A stretch of DNA of 64,000 bases from a phage. Position numbers and translations under genes: made by a program. The notes beneath the pieces were generated by a model. The model worked only from the letters and a program-made list of their open reading frames with translations. It was not told the DNA's origin and ran no database searches. Positions 1-10,309 of this stretch are shown here, piece by piece; position 1 is the stretch's first letter; each line of letters opens with the position of its first letter. The stretch is from sequence record PZ445442.1. One strand, given 5' to 3'.

Positions 1-1118
1 TTTACATAGACCCACCATTCAATACTGGAAGGGCTTTTGAGCACTACGATGATAGCCTTGAGCATTCCATTTGGCTGGGCTTAATGAGGGATAGGTTAGA
101 AATAATTCGTAATCTTCTAAGTGATGATGGGGTAATATTCGTTCACTTAGATGATTGCGAAATGGCGTATTTAAAAGTTTTGATGGACGAGATTTTTGGT
201 CGTGCAAATCAGTTAAATACCATATCGATGACCACAAATTCCCCTTCGGGATTTAAGGCAACAGGAGCCACAGTTTTCTCCACAGCAAACTTTTTGCTTG
301 TATATGCAAAAGATCACACCCAGAAACCGCTTAACAAAATCTATATACCTAAAGGGTACGATACAGGATATAACAAATACCTATTAAACCCGGATGACCA
401 TTATAAAAATTGGACGTGGTGCAGTATTGCCGATGCGTTTGCAAAGGCCAATGGCTATAAGGATGCAAAAGAAGCCAAGAAAAAACTACCTGACACATTC
501 GATGATGAATTAGCACAATTCGCAATTGATAATGCAGAACGTGTATTTCAATCTGTTGCAATTGGTGGTGGTGCTAAAATAAAGAGAAAAGAAACTATCG
601 AGAAGTCAAAGAAAGATAGGGATAAGGTTTATGTACATCCAAATGAGGATGTTGAAGGATTTTATATCGCAAATGGTAGGCAAATGGTCTTTTACTCCAA
701 TAGGCTTTTGGAAATTGACGGTGAGATGCAACCTGCGGAACTAATAACTGATGTTTGGACAGACATTGGTTGGAATGGAATAGCAAATGAAGGCGGCGTT
801 AGTTTCAAAAATGGGAAAAAACCAGAAGCGCTTTTGAAGCGGATTTTCGAAATGTGCACGCGAGAAGGCGATTTGGTATTGGATTCATTCGGTGGTTCGG
901 GAACTACTGCTGCTGTAGCTCATAAGATGAAAAGACGCTGGATCTCAATCGAGCTAGGTGATCATTGTCATACCCATATTATTCCGCGCTTGGAAAAAGT
1001 GATCGATGGCGAAGATCAAGGTGGTATTTCTAAGTCTGTAAACTGGCAAGGTGGTGGTGGCTTCCGTTATTACAAACTTGCCCCGGCCTTAGTTGCGAAA
1101 GATAAGTCTGATCAATAA
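1..1118 (+). CDS. DNA methyltransferase, beta-class (N6-adenine or N4-cytosine), 5'-partial
   Basis: Reading frame is open from the window edge (frame of track ORF 84..1118); motif IV DPPF at nt 3-30 (YIDPPFNTG) precedes motif I FGGSGTT near the C-terminus, the order typical of beta-class amino-MTases. Confidence 0.7.
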   Translation, partial: YIDPPFNTGRAFEHYDDSLEHSIWLGLMRDRLEIIRNLLSDDGVIFVHLDDCEMAYLKVLMDEIFGRANQLNTISMTTNSPSGFKATGATVFSTANFLLVYAKDHTQKPLNKIYIPKGYDTGYNKYLLNPDDHYKNWTWCSIADAFAKANGYKDAKEAKKKLPDTFDDELAQFAIDNAERVFQSVAIGGGAKIKRKETIEKSKKDRDKVYVHPNEDVEGFYIANGRQMVFYSNRLLEIDGEMQPAELITDVWTDIGWNGIANEGGVSFKNGKKPEALLKRIFEMCTREGDLVLDSFGGSGTTAAVAHKMKRRWISIELGDHCHTHIIPRLEKVIDGEDQGGISKSVNWQGGGGFRYYKLAPALVAKDKSDQ

Positions 1119-1131
1119 AGAGTACAATCAA

Positions 1132-1437
1132 ATGATGAAACGTTATAAACCATACACTTTTGAAATCGATTTTGAACTTGACGATATGTTCACTGTGGAA
1201 GCTCAGGCAGTTGTCCAGTTGCCAGACCCAGAGTGTCGTGATTCTGATGTTGACTATTATGGATTTAGACAGATCACTGATGTGCATGTTTACCACAACG
1301 GTGAAGAGGTGGACTTCCACAAACTGCCAAACGATATGCGCCACTCAATTTACAAACGTGCAGCCCGTGAACTAGAGTCCTATCTTGATGCAGCGACGAC
1401 AGCAGCTGCATTTGCCGAAGAAGTGGGAGGTTTCTGA
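1132..1437 (+). CDS. hypothetical protein
   Basis: Track ORF 1093..1437 trimmed to first ATG (MMKRYKP...); start uncertain. Confidence 0.45.
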   Translation: MMKRYKPYTFEIDFELDDMFTVEAQAVVQLPDPECRDSDVDYYGFRQITDVHVYHNGEEVDFHKLPNDMRHSIYKRAARELESYLDAATTAAAFAEEVGGF

Positions 1438-1832
1438 TGATTACAGATGTGAAGATTGTCCAATACCACTTAACCAAGTTGGAAGATGCTGAGAAAGAGC
1501 TTGCAGAAGTTCTGAATAGTGGATATACTTTGCTATCATGCGCCTGCTCAGACACCTACGCTGTGTGGACACTTATCAGGAAGGAAGAGCCTGCAGGGAT
1601 CTTGGTGCCAAACCCTAAGATTATTAGTGAGGTGGATGACTACCCCCAGGACGGCCTGCCAGAAGGCTGGGAAGTATGGGAAGGTGGTGAAAACCCTGCA
1701 CCAGGTAAGTGGGTAAAATACAAACTACGTAGTGGTGCACAGTACGCTGACTACTCTGATGACCTAGACTGGAGTCATTCTTCACCAGGATCATCTGCAA
1801 GTTCATATGATATCGTTGCTTTTCAGGAATAA
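1437..1832 (+). CDS. hypothetical protein
   Basis: Track ORF; ATG overlaps upstream stop (TGATGA), suggesting translational coupling. Confidence 0.5.
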   Translation: MITDVKIVQYHLTKLEDAEKELAEVLNSGYTLLSCACSDTYAVWTLIRKEEPAGILVPNPKIISEVDDYPQDGLPEGWEVWEGGENPAPGKWVKYKLRSGAQYADYSDDLDWSHSSPGSSASSYDIVAFQE

Positions 1833-1844
1833 GGAGAGGGTGTT

Positions 1845-2327
1845 ATGTCAGATTTTATGTGGAAAGTAGGCTATGCCACTCCTGAAATGTGCGAGGCTTG
1901 CTTTGTGAAAATAGGCCGCGAGGATATCGACAAAGTGATCCTTAAGTTTCGTGATGTGGCTGTGATCGGCAACCGAGTGCTTAAGCACTTAAAGAATCTG
2001 AAGCTCACCAAAAAGAAGTTCTTCGGGCTTTTCGAAGAGAAAGTTGATGCTTGGACCCATTGCATTCAGGAAGCTAAATCTCACTACAGTGCTATCGTTA
2101 CTCCAGAACGGGTAGCTAAGATGGAAGGATTCATTAACAGCACAGAATTTGAGTGTCTGAAAGCTGCACTCGATAGTTATCCGAAATGCCTTAAGCACTT
2201 GGACAAGTATGCAGAAAAGGATGGGGAAATGTATCTAACCCTGGACGCATATTATGAGATGCAAGAAATTTTAAATTTAGATTTGACATTGGTATCCACC
2301 GAGTATACAATAGGTATCCGGGTTTAA
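1845..2327 (+). CDS. hypothetical protein
   Basis: Track ORF; AAGGAGAGGG Shine-Dalgarno about 6 nt upstream of ATG. Confidence 0.6.
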   Translation: MSDFMWKVGYATPEMCEACFVKIGREDIDKVILKFRDVAVIGNRVLKHLKNLKLTKKKFFGLFEEKVDAWTHCIQEAKSHYSAIVTPERVAKMEGFINSTEFECLKAALDSYPKCLKHLDKYAEKDGEMYLTLDAYYEMQEILNLDLTLVSTEYTIGIRV

Positions 2328-2333
2328 CACTAG

Positions 2334-2360
2334 GCCCTGCCCGAAAGGGTGGGGCTTTTT
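2334..2360 (+). terminator. rho-independent terminator (GAAA-tetraloop hairpin + T5)
   Basis: GCCCTGCCC-GAAA-GGGTGGGGC stem (with G-U pairs) followed by TTTTT; identical hairpin recurs at about 14611. Confidence 0.6.
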
Positions 2361-2378
2361 GCATTAGGAGACAGCAAA

Positions 2379-3140
2379 TTGAAATTTATCTACAAAGAAC
2401 ACTACCACAAAGGTGTTGTGTGGAGTCTATTTGACGGGTCTGGTGGTGCAGTCATTGACTGGGCAAAAGCTGGGTACCTGTGCCTGTGCTTTAATGCAGA
2501 AGGCGCTGATCACGGCAGTTATGCAGAGGTGATCACCGATCATCCCAACATTCACTATGTGGACTATTGGATTGACCCGTGGTTCCCTCAGGAAACTTTT
2601 TGCATGTATCCGGCTCCAGATTTTATTCTTGCATTTCCTCCGTGCACGCATTTAGCGGTATCAGGTGCTGCACATTTTAAGAAAAAGCTGGCTAAGGACC
2701 CCATGATCCAAATTAATGCTGTAAAGGATGCTCGGGTTGCGGAAGAGCTGGGAGAGATTTACGATTGCCCGTGGCATGTAGAGAATCCTGTGGGTGTTAT
2801 GTCCACACTGTGGCGCAAACCTGATTACCGTTTTCACCCTTCGGATTATGGCGGGTATTTACCGGAAGATGATGTAAACCCATGGTTTCCTGAATTTATA
2901 GCTCCACGTGATGCCTATCCAAAAATAACTTGCGGCTGGATAGGTAATGGATTTATAATCCCAGCCACAAAACCTGTCCCGCAAATAGTTGACGCGGTTA
3001 GTGGGTACTCCATGCAACACGCTAAGCTGGGTGGAAAGAGTGCAAGAACGAAGATGATCCGAAGCCTCACACCACGTGGCTGGGCAAAAGCTGTATTCTT
3101 AGCAAACGAGCCTGTAGTAAGGAGAAGGGCCAATGGTTGA
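2379..3140 (+). CDS. putative DNA (cytosine-5)-methyltransferase-like protein
   Basis: Track ORF 2349..3140 re-started at TTG 2379 (AGGAG SD at 2365-2369; the GTG at 2349 lies inside the terminator hairpin). Motifs resembling C5-MTase I (LFDGSGGA), IV (FPPCTHLAVSG) and VI (HVENPVG) in the right order; protein is short for this family. Confidence 0.4.
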   Translation: MKFIYKEHYHKGVVWSLFDGSGGAVIDWAKAGYLCLCFNAEGADHGSYAEVITDHPNIHYVDYWIDPWFPQETFCMYPAPDFILAFPPCTHLAVSGAAHFKKKLAKDPMIQINAVKDARVAEELGEIYDCPWHVENPVGVMSTLWRKPDYRFHPSDYGGYLPEDDVNPWFPEFIAPRDAYPKITCGWIGNGFIIPATKPVPQIVDAVSGYSMQHAKLGGKSARTKMIRSLTPRGWAKAVFLANEPVVRRRANG

Positions 3141-3804
3141 CTGGAGCAAGTATTTCACCTACAGTGACGGCAAACTGTTCTGGGCGTACACTGCAAAAGC
3201 CGGAAGGGGCAGGGTTATACATTACGCAGGTGAGGAGGCCACAGGCACAGATAAAAATGGCTATAGAGTGATATATGTGTCAGGTGTTGGGAGTGTTCGT
3301 AGGCATAGAATAGTTTGGGAGATGCATTACGGGGAGATACCTGAGGGACTTGTTGTGCGGCACAAGAACGACATAGCGGGCGATGATAGGGTAGAGAACT
3401 TAGTCCTAGGTACACAGGGCGATAATGCACGAGACATGATCTACAGTGACAAACTGAGCATTAACAATACCTCAGGGTGTAGAGGTGTACGCTACCATAG
3501 AGGCATAAAAAGATGGATTGCATCTGTTGGAGATATATACTTAGGGTGTTTTAAGACAAAAGAGGCTGCAATTGAATGCAGAAAGTTATGGGAGAAGGGA
3601 AAATTCGTCCCGCAAGAGTTGGATGTTAGAAACACTAGCGGTGTAACAGGGGTGTTCTATGTGCCGAGCTCTGGAAGGTGGAGAGTCAGAGTGCAAAGCG
3701 GCAAAAAGAGAAAGAGCTATGGCACTTACAATACTTTAGAAGAAGCAAAAACTGTAAGGGATAGAGTGATGAAAGAGATTGAGGAGTTTAAAGATGGGGA
3801 ATAA
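3133..3804 (+). CDS. HNH homing endonuclease (HNH + AP2-like DNA-binding domain), free-standing
   Basis: HRIVWEMHYGEIP...VVRHKNDIAGDDRVENL HNH signature and GVRYH..WIASV...LGCFKTKEEA AP2-like motif; sits between the MTase-like gene and primase-helicase. Confidence 0.7.
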   Translation: MVDWSKYFTYSDGKLFWAYTAKAGRGRVIHYAGEEATGTDKNGYRVIYVSGVGSVRRHRIVWEMHYGEIPEGLVVRHKNDIAGDDRVENLVLGTQGDNARDMIYSDKLSINNTSGCRGVRYHRGIKRWIASVGDIYLGCFKTKEAAIECRKLWEKGKFVPQELDVRNTSGVTGVFYVPSSGRWRVRVQSGKKRKSYGTYNTLEEAKTVRDRVMKEIEEFKDGE

Positions 3805-5872
3805 GTTTATATCCTCTGCATATAGCCGCTATGGAGAACCTAACCCAGTTGCAACAAGATACAAAAGTGGGGGTAGTATGAAACGAGACTATCGTGATGA
3901 AAAAGAGGTTGAAACTGTAGAGACTGTTTTAGAAAATACTAAAATTGTCCCTGTCCCACAACAAAATATCGGTCTGATGGCTGCACAATATTTTGGTGTG
4001 CGATCAGCATTGTCCCAAGAAGACGGTGTGACAGTCACTGCAACATATTTCCCATATTACGACCGATACGGAAATCTGTCCGGTTTCAAAAAGCGTGACT
4101 GGTCTAAGCCGAAAGAGCAGAAAGGGCACTGGTCTGTAGTAGGCATCGTAAAGGCCAACTCCCAGATGTTTGGTCAAAAGCTGTGTGCATCTTCCAACAA
4201 CCGTAAGCAGATCAACGTTTGTGAGGGAGAAGGTGATGTTATTGCAGCATGGCAGGCTGCATATCAGATACAAGTAAAAGGGATTCTCACCAATGCTAAA
4301 GCCCCGGCAAAGGTGAAGCAGTGGGCTAAAGAGGTCCAGGACGGGATCGATGCAGTTATCAACGGCGGTGATCTGGCAGGAAAACCCTGCCTGCCTTTTG
4401 TTGGAATTAACTGTGGATGTGCAAACGCAGTAGATACTTTTGCAAACAATGAGAAGTTTATCCGTAGCTATGGAACAGTTGTGCTGGCAATGGATAACGA
4501 TGCAGCTAACGAGGTAGAGAAGCAAAAACACGTCATTAAAGGTGTTGAGGCCACGCACAATATCGCAGCATTTTTAATGGCTGATAACGTTTACCACGTA
4601 GAATACCCTGGTGAAGTAAACGACCCTGACGGTGTAAAAGATATCCGAGACATGCTGAAGGCTAAAAAGCTGGAAGATATTGTCAACATGTTCCGGCATC
4701 CTGTTAAATATGTGCCTGATGCTGTGTCGGATTTAGAAGACTTCTCTATCGAGTCTTTGCGGAAAAAGACTTCCAACGGGGTAGATATCAGTGCAGAGTT
4801 CCCAAAACTGCAAAAAATGCTAAAAGGCTTGCACAAAGGGACACTCGTAATGCTTACAGGTCCATCAGGCGGCGGTAAAACAACCGTGGCTAAAAAACTG
4901 GAACACTGTATTGCAAGATACCTAATGGATCCGACATGCCAGAAGGCTGATGACTATGAAGAGGATGATCGTCTATGTATGATCCATCTTGAGGAGGACC
5001 CAGAGGAAGCAATTAACTCCTTGTATGCAAACCAGTTAGGGTTTGATGTTAAAGAGTTTGTTGAAGATCCTAGCCAGTTTTTAACTGATCAAGAACACGC
5101 AGAGATTCACCAATCATGGGCAAAAGCTGGAAAAATCAAAGTGTTCAAACATTTCGGGTCTATTCCGGTGGACGAGTTGATTACCAAGCTTAAGCAAATG
5201 GTTTGCCTGTACCATTGTCGTTATATTGTGCTGGATCACCTATCCATGGTAATTTCAGGGCTTAATGTTAAGGATGAGCGAAAAGAACTGGACATAGCTA
5301 TGACTCAGCTGGCTGCGTTTTGTAAGCAGTTTAATGTGTTTATCTTGGTGATCGCTCACCTCAAACGTACAGAGATTGTGCCTCCTAAGGACAAGGATGG
5401 TAACCCGTTACCTTTCTGGTATCCTGTGCGAAAAGAGAATTTGCGAGGATCGGCTGGGCTTGAGCAGTTGAGTTGGGTAGTCATAGGTGTCGAGGCCGAA
5501 GAAATGGTGGATCGTTCTCGTGGGCGTGTCCGTCTGGTAGGTCTTAAAAACCGTCCAGCAAAAACTTTAGGTATTGCTGACACTTTAGTTATGGACCCAC
5601 ACACAGGTAAGTTCCATGATGCCAGTAATTGGTACTGGGACAAAGAAATGCAAATGTTTACAGACGGAGAAGGTGGGGAGGTTGTTTGGAGACCTCAGGC
5701 TATGTTTGAGGATCAGGAGCATGCAGTTGTAGAAACACCTATGGGCAAGGTTGTGGCTGATAAGGTTGTAACTCCTACTGTTAAGTCTGTTGACACGCAG
5801 GAAGACCTCCAGTACGATGATCCATCCTCTGACCCGGTCCCCGGTTTTGAGGATGATGAAACGCCTTTTTAA
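3794..5872 (+). CDS. DNA primase-helicase (Toprim + DnaB-like helicase, T7 gp4-like)
   Basis: Toprim motifs CEGEGDV and LAMDNDAANE; Walker A GPSGGGKTT; Walker B/H2 IVLDHLS. Start moved to ATG 3794 with GAGGAG SD 7 nt upstream (track start 3779 is TTG). Confidence 0.85.
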   Translation: MGNKFISSAYSRYGEPNPVATRYKSGGSMKRDYRDEKEVETVETVLENTKIVPVPQQNIGLMAAQYFGVRSALSQEDGVTVTATYFPYYDRYGNLSGFKKRDWSKPKEQKGHWSVVGIVKANSQMFGQKLCASSNNRKQINVCEGEGDVIAAWQAAYQIQVKGILTNAKAPAKVKQWAKEVQDGIDAVINGGDLAGKPCLPFVGINCGCANAVDTFANNEKFIRSYGTVVLAMDNDAANEVEKQKHVIKGVEATHNIAAFLMADNVYHVEYPGEVNDPDGVKDIRDMLKAKKLEDIVNMFRHPVKYVPDAVSDLEDFSIESLRKKTSNGVDISAEFPKLQKMLKGLHKGTLVMLTGPSGGGKTTVAKKLEHCIARYLMDPTCQKADDYEEDDRLCMIHLEEDPEEAINSLYANQLGFDVKEFVEDPSQFLTDQEHAEIHQSWAKAGKIKVFKHFGSIPVDELITKLKQMVCLYHCRYIVLDHLSMVISGLNVKDERKELDIAMTQLAAFCKQFNVFILVIAHLKRTEIVPPKDKDGNPLPFWYPVRKENLRGSAGLEQLSWVVIGVEAEEMVDRSRGRVRLVGLKNRPAKTLGIADTLVMDPHTGKFHDASNWYWDKEMQMFTDGEGGEVVWRPQAMFEDQEHAVVETPMGKVVADKVVTPTVKSVDTQEDLQYDDPSSDPVPGFEDDETPF

Positions 5873-5930
5873 TGTTTAACAAAGAGTGGGAGGGGTAGTA
5901 CAACCGCCTCCCCTTTAAGGAGAACTGTAT

Positions 5931-8354
5931 ATGAGTATGTGGTCGTTCGATTTTGAGTCATCCGGTTTGCTGGAAGACCCAGATCTTTATTATCACTGCG
6001 GTCTGTTTAAAGAGCTGAATAAGAACCGTTTTATGCTGTTCCTTCCTCTAAATGACCGCACACACTACTCCGAGGAGGATATAGAAAAGGCTAAGAACTT
6101 CATTCTGGCAAAGAAAACTCTTTATAAAGATTTTGAAGTTCGCATAGCAGATTTTTCGGAGTTGGAAGGTTGGCTTACAGGCAATTCTGACTGGTCACCA
6201 ACAGCTTTGAACTGCCATAACTGCTACAGTTATGACTTTATGCTGATGGAAAGATTATCCGGTATTCATTTTGATATGTTCCGTGATCCTAAATGCATGG
6301 GGACTATCAACGATCACCAGGTTAACCTGTTTGATACGTTGGCGATGAGCCGAATCTTGTGGCCTGATCGCCCTTTACCAAAAGGTTGTCCGGACTCTGT
6401 ATTCAACCCGGTTACTAAGAAAATGCAGCCTGTTGGTCCCCACGGCCTTATGGCATGGGGCTACGCCCTTGGTAACCAGAAAGTTCAAATTGATGACTGG
6501 CGCGATCTTCCGTTGTGGAAGTATGTGGATCGTGTATTCGAGGACGTTATCATCCAGGAGCTGCTCTGGAAAGAGCTGGTAGCGGAATCAAAAGGTGTAT
6601 TCTACGGCAAATCTGACATGCAGAACTTTATGTACGATCCTGCCAAAGAGAAGCCGAAAGGGTTCAAGAAGATCACCTGGAAGAACGCATTACGCCGAGG
6701 CATGCTGCAGCACTTCCTGATGGAGCTGCAGGCCCGTCAGGGTGTGTATTTTGACATAGATGGAGCTATTGCTTTACGTGACCGTTGCGATGCGTGGATG
6801 AAAGAAATCGCTGATCGTGTTGAACCACAACTACCTTTAAAAGAGTTGTCAATGTCTCAGCGGCCCAAGTTCCCTGAAAAGCCGTTTAACCAAGATGGGA
6901 CAATCTCCAATAATGGTTGGAAATGGTTAAAAGATAAGCTTGGCTATCCTGTAGATATGAGCGCTTTAGAGTTCAAAGCCCCGCCTAAGCGAGCATTTAC
7001 CTCCACAGGGGATGTCAGCAAGATGGGGATAAAATGGTGTGAAGAGATGGGCTGCAAAGACCCTGATAAGATGGCTGATTTCTTGAGAGGCTATATTAAG
7101 GGCACTTCCACACCACAACCTTTACCTAAAGAGCTGATGGATCAGGCAATAAGTGATCTGCAGCAGAAGCGAATGCCTGACTGCAAGATACCTATGAAAA
7201 TCAGCAATCAGGACGACATTAAGCGGTATCTGATCAGTGCTGGCTGGCTCCCGACGATGTGGAGAACTAAGGATGTAACTAAAGACAGCAAGAAGAAAGC
7301 CCTACCTGATGCAGATGTTGATGCACGAGTATATGCATATATGGACGAGCTTTTAGAGTCAGAGTATTGTGATCTGATTATCAACTTCTGGAACAAAACT
7401 GATGCTAAGTTCCAGACAACCGTGCACAAGTTCCGAAGCTTTCCTAACTCCGAAAGGATTAAAAAGGAAGTATTCGGGAAAATACGTAGAAAAGCTAGGG
7501 CACTTATTACTTCTCCGCAACTGAAAGATACGTTTGGACACCTATGCCCGAATCTTGAAAAATTGAACGGAGAGATGGCTAAAGATATCGTCTTGTGGTT
7601 ATCTTTGCGAAACCGCAGATCGGTACTTGATCCAATCAAGGAGGATAAGGTTGATACTGGTCTTCTTAATCACCCACGTTTGAAGATTGACCATAAGCTT
7701 CCTGCTAAAAGCTCTGGATTAACAAACACTTCCAGACAGAAACACAGTATTTGTGCAAACATGCCTAAACCATCTCCTAAAGTGGTCATGGGTAAAGAGA
7801 TGCGTAGTCTGTGGGGTGTTCCTCCAGGATACTTTGAGATCGGTATTGACGGGTCCAACTTAGAGCAGCTTATCGGGGCTTGGGGTGCCTTTGAGTTCGA
7901 CAACGGATTGTATTATGATGTTGTAAGTAACGGGGACGCACACCAAAACAATGCTGAAGCATATACAAAAGTGGCAGGCAGAGAGGTGTCTCGTAACGAC
8001 GGTAAACCTATCACGTATGGGGTTATGTATGGGGCACAAAAAGATAAAGTTGCAGATATGCTGGACATCTCTCCAGAACTGGGGCAGAGAGTAATTGATG
8101 CTCTCTGGGATGCCAACCCAGGTCTTAAGGGGCGCAAAGAGGATCTGGAGAAATTCTGGGAAGCAACAGGTAAGAAATTTATCTACTCTTTTGACGGGCA
8201 TGCCATTTGGACCCGCTCTAAACACTCTTTGCTTAATGCATATCAGCAAAATGGCGGTGCATCGTTGTGCGACTTGGTCGGAATCCTCATGCACCACCAA
8301 ATGGTGAAGCGTGGATGGTATGATGAAGGTGTTCGTCGTATTATTTATTACCAT
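5931..8354 (+). CDS. DNA polymerase, family A, exon 1 (3'-5' exo + pol motifs A and B)
   Basis: Exo I FDFESSG at N-terminus; motif A-like GIDGSNLEQL; motif B KPITYGVMYGAQ; ORF halts at ...RRIIYYH just before motif C. Exon ends on T8354 (group I 5' splice-site U). Confidence 0.85.
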
Positions 8355-9196
8355 AAATAACATTGTGGCTTCGTGCAGTGATGCACGTCGAAAACCTCTT
8401 TAATTGACGGGAAGGCTAAGTTGACTTTTACACCTAAACATGGTAAAAGCTCAATATGCTAATCCGCAGCGAAGACTAAAGGGGTGTAGTTAAAATGGCT
8501 AGATCAGTTGATTATCACGGATATACCGTGTTTGATGATGGAACAATACCTTTATCGAAACGTGATCATACAACAATGTTCTGTTTTGATAATGGTCGAG
8601 GTTACCTTTGCGTAACCATGTTCATCGAGGGGAAGCAGTGCACAAAAGGTGTCCACCACTTGGTTGCTGAATGCTTTGTATCAAACCCTGATCCTGAAAG
8701 GCTCACATGGGTGAACCATAAGGACGGAAACAAATACAACAATGCATACTGGAACCTTGAATGGACCACCCCTGGTGGAAATATCAAACACGCTTATGAT
8801 AATGACCTCAGAGTAAGGCCAGTCGGTGAGTATAATGCCAACGCTGTACTGACCGAGGATGAGGTAACGGAGATTTGCGAACTGTTACAAAGTGGTTTAC
8901 GACAATGCGAGATTAGGGATCTTGGGTATCCTTATGAGACGGTCAGAGCCATAAAGCAAAGAAGACAGTGGAAACATATCTCTAAAAACTACACCTGGTA
9001 GTAACGTTCAGAGACTATCGAAAGCATAGCGCCAACATAAATTGGTGCGAAGAAGCGAGTAGAGTAGGCCAGCAAGTGCGGTCGAAATGGGAGGTGCCTT
9101 GGTAACAAGGTAGTGAGATAGTCCGATCCATACAGGAAACTGTATGGCTGTGCACGTAATGGTGCGGGGTAGCTTAACGACCTACCTGAACTATTG
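8355..9196 (+). mobile_element. group I self-splicing intron in DNA polymerase gene (contains HNH ORF)
   Basis: P1: exon CCAT (8351-8354) pairs with intron GTGG (8365-8368) giving the U-G splice-site wobble; P7 strands CAGAGACTA (about 9009-9017) and GAGATAGTCCG (about 9115-9125); intron ends in G9196; splicing restores motif C (...YYH|DEYQLQV). Confidence 0.7.
8495..9001 (+). CDS. intron-encoded HNH homing endonuclease
   Basis: Track ORF; HLVAECFVSNPDPERLTWVNHKDGNKYNNAYWNLEW HNH_3-like signature; located between P6-region and P7 of the intron. Confidence 0.75.
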   Translation: MARSVDYHGYTVFDDGTIPLSKRDHTTMFCFDNGRGYLCVTMFIEGKQCTKGVHHLVAECFVSNPDPERLTWVNHKDGNKYNNAYWNLEWTTPGGNIKHAYDNDLRVRPVGEYNANAVLTEDEVTEICELLQSGLRQCEIRDLGYPYETVRAIKQRRQWKHISKNYTW

Positions 9197-9550
9197 GATG
9201 AGTACCAACTTCAAGTGCCTGACACACCTAAGTATAAAACCGTATACACCTTCGACACAATTGAAGAGCTGGAAACATTTAAGGCCAAGCAGGAGGCTAA
9301 ACTTCATGTGTTCGACGGTCATAAGTACAAAAAGGCACGCAAGGATGAGGATGGAAACGAAGTGGTTGACAAGGACGGAAATACGGTGTACGATCCTATC
9401 CTGAACGATGACGGAAAGCTTGAACTTATCTGGAGCCCTGTGGGTGAAATGGTGGTGCATTGCTTCTGGCAAGCTTCTAAAATGATGGGAGTCCCGTTCC
9501 AGATCACAGGTGAATACTTGTGTGGTCGTAATTGGGGTGATTGTCACTAA
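9197..9550 (+). CDS. DNA polymerase, family A, exon 2 (motif C and C-terminus)
   Basis: Begins DEYQLQV (motif C HDE after splicing) and ends ...GRNWGDCH, resembling the C-terminal tail of family-A polymerases. Confidence 0.75.
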   Translation, partial: DEYQLQVPDTPKYKTVYTFDTIEELETFKAKQEAKLHVFDGHKYKKARKDEDGNEVVDKDGNTVYDPILNDDGKLELIWSPVGEMVVHCFWQASKMMGVPFQITGEYLCGRNWGDCH

Positions 9551-9599
9551 TGTAAACTATCAACACATGGAAGTGTTGTTGAGCAAAGAGGAGACTTTT

Positions 9600-9884
9600 A
9601 TGGTAGTAGAACCAACAAAAACATTTACATCCATGACTATCCCTGTTATTATGCAGGTGGAGTGTGTTCAGGTATCTCAAGTGTGGCCTGGCACCAAAAT
9701 CCCAACAGGGCCTGATTTCTTTCAGGTTGGGAAAGTGTACAATGTCTGGAAGGCACCAGATTGTTACCCTTTCATTAAAGATGACCGTGGGATGCTGTGG
9801 TACCTTGGAAATGACTTGACACTGCACCTTGGGAATACTATTATTGCAGTATTCAGACTTAACAAGAAGGAGACCGATCAATGA
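9600..9884 (+). CDS. hypothetical protein
   Basis: Track ORF 9510..9884 trimmed to ATG 9600 with AAAGAGGAG SD. Confidence 0.5.
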   Translation: MVVEPTKTFTSMTIPVIMQVECVQVSQVWPGTKIPTGPDFFQVGKVYNVWKAPDCYPFIKDDRGMLWYLGNDLTLHLGNTIIAVFRLNKKETDQ

Positions 9885-10108
9885 CGACTTTGGTTAAAGC
9901 TACCTTTGTAGAAGAAAAGATGACAGACCTGTCATTCTTTAAAGAAGGAAAGACCTACGAGGTTTATTACGATAAAGCTCGTGCAAACAAAATGATTAAA
10001 GACGAGGAAGGGGTTGCCTGGTATATCTCTCACCTGGCAAACGGTGAGTATCATATCTACGGAACCACTTTGCTTGCCAAGTTTGTAGTTGTTGAAGAGG
10101 ACCTATGA
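9881..10108 (+). CDS. hypothetical protein
   Basis: Track ORF; ATGA overlap with upstream gene. Confidence 0.5.
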   Translation: MTTLVKATFVEEKMTDLSFFKEGKTYEVYYDKARANKMIKDEEGVAWYISHLANGEYHIYGTTLLAKFVVVEEDL

Positions 10109-10299
10109 AAGTAAAGTATCTTGCTGAAGGTATGAATAGGTATTTTACCCTTGGTGAAGAATATTGGCCCTTTACAAACAACGGCGATGTCTACGTGAAA
10201 GATAATTTCGGCACGCCGTGGTTTCTGCACTCTAATGGGCTGGGATACTCCATTTACTGCGGTGCAGTGAACAACACAACTCTTGCAGAGTTCGTTTAG
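10105..10299 (+). CDS. hypothetical protein
   Basis: Track ORF; ATGA overlap with upstream gene. Confidence 0.45.
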   Translation: MKVKYLAEGMNRYFTLGEEYWPFTNNGDVYVKDNFGTPWFLHSNGLGYSIYCGAVNNTTLAEFV

Positions 10300-10309
10300 A
10301 GGAGGTAGG

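Noticed and set aside
2349-2378. GTG start at 2349 for the C5-MTase-like gene
   Set aside because: That codon lies inside the upstream terminator hairpin; TTG at 2379 with an AGGAG SD is more plausible.
4004-4558. Long antisense ORFs inside the primase-helicase, polymerase and other genes (for example 4004..4558, 7208..7639, 7860..8363, 11426..11962, 13563..14033, 16441..16926 on minus; 45222..45512, 45546..45860, 55958..56272, 56338..56640 on plus)
   Set aside because: They lie opposite ORFs with clear domain content, lack SD sequences, and run against the uniform strand polarity of each block.
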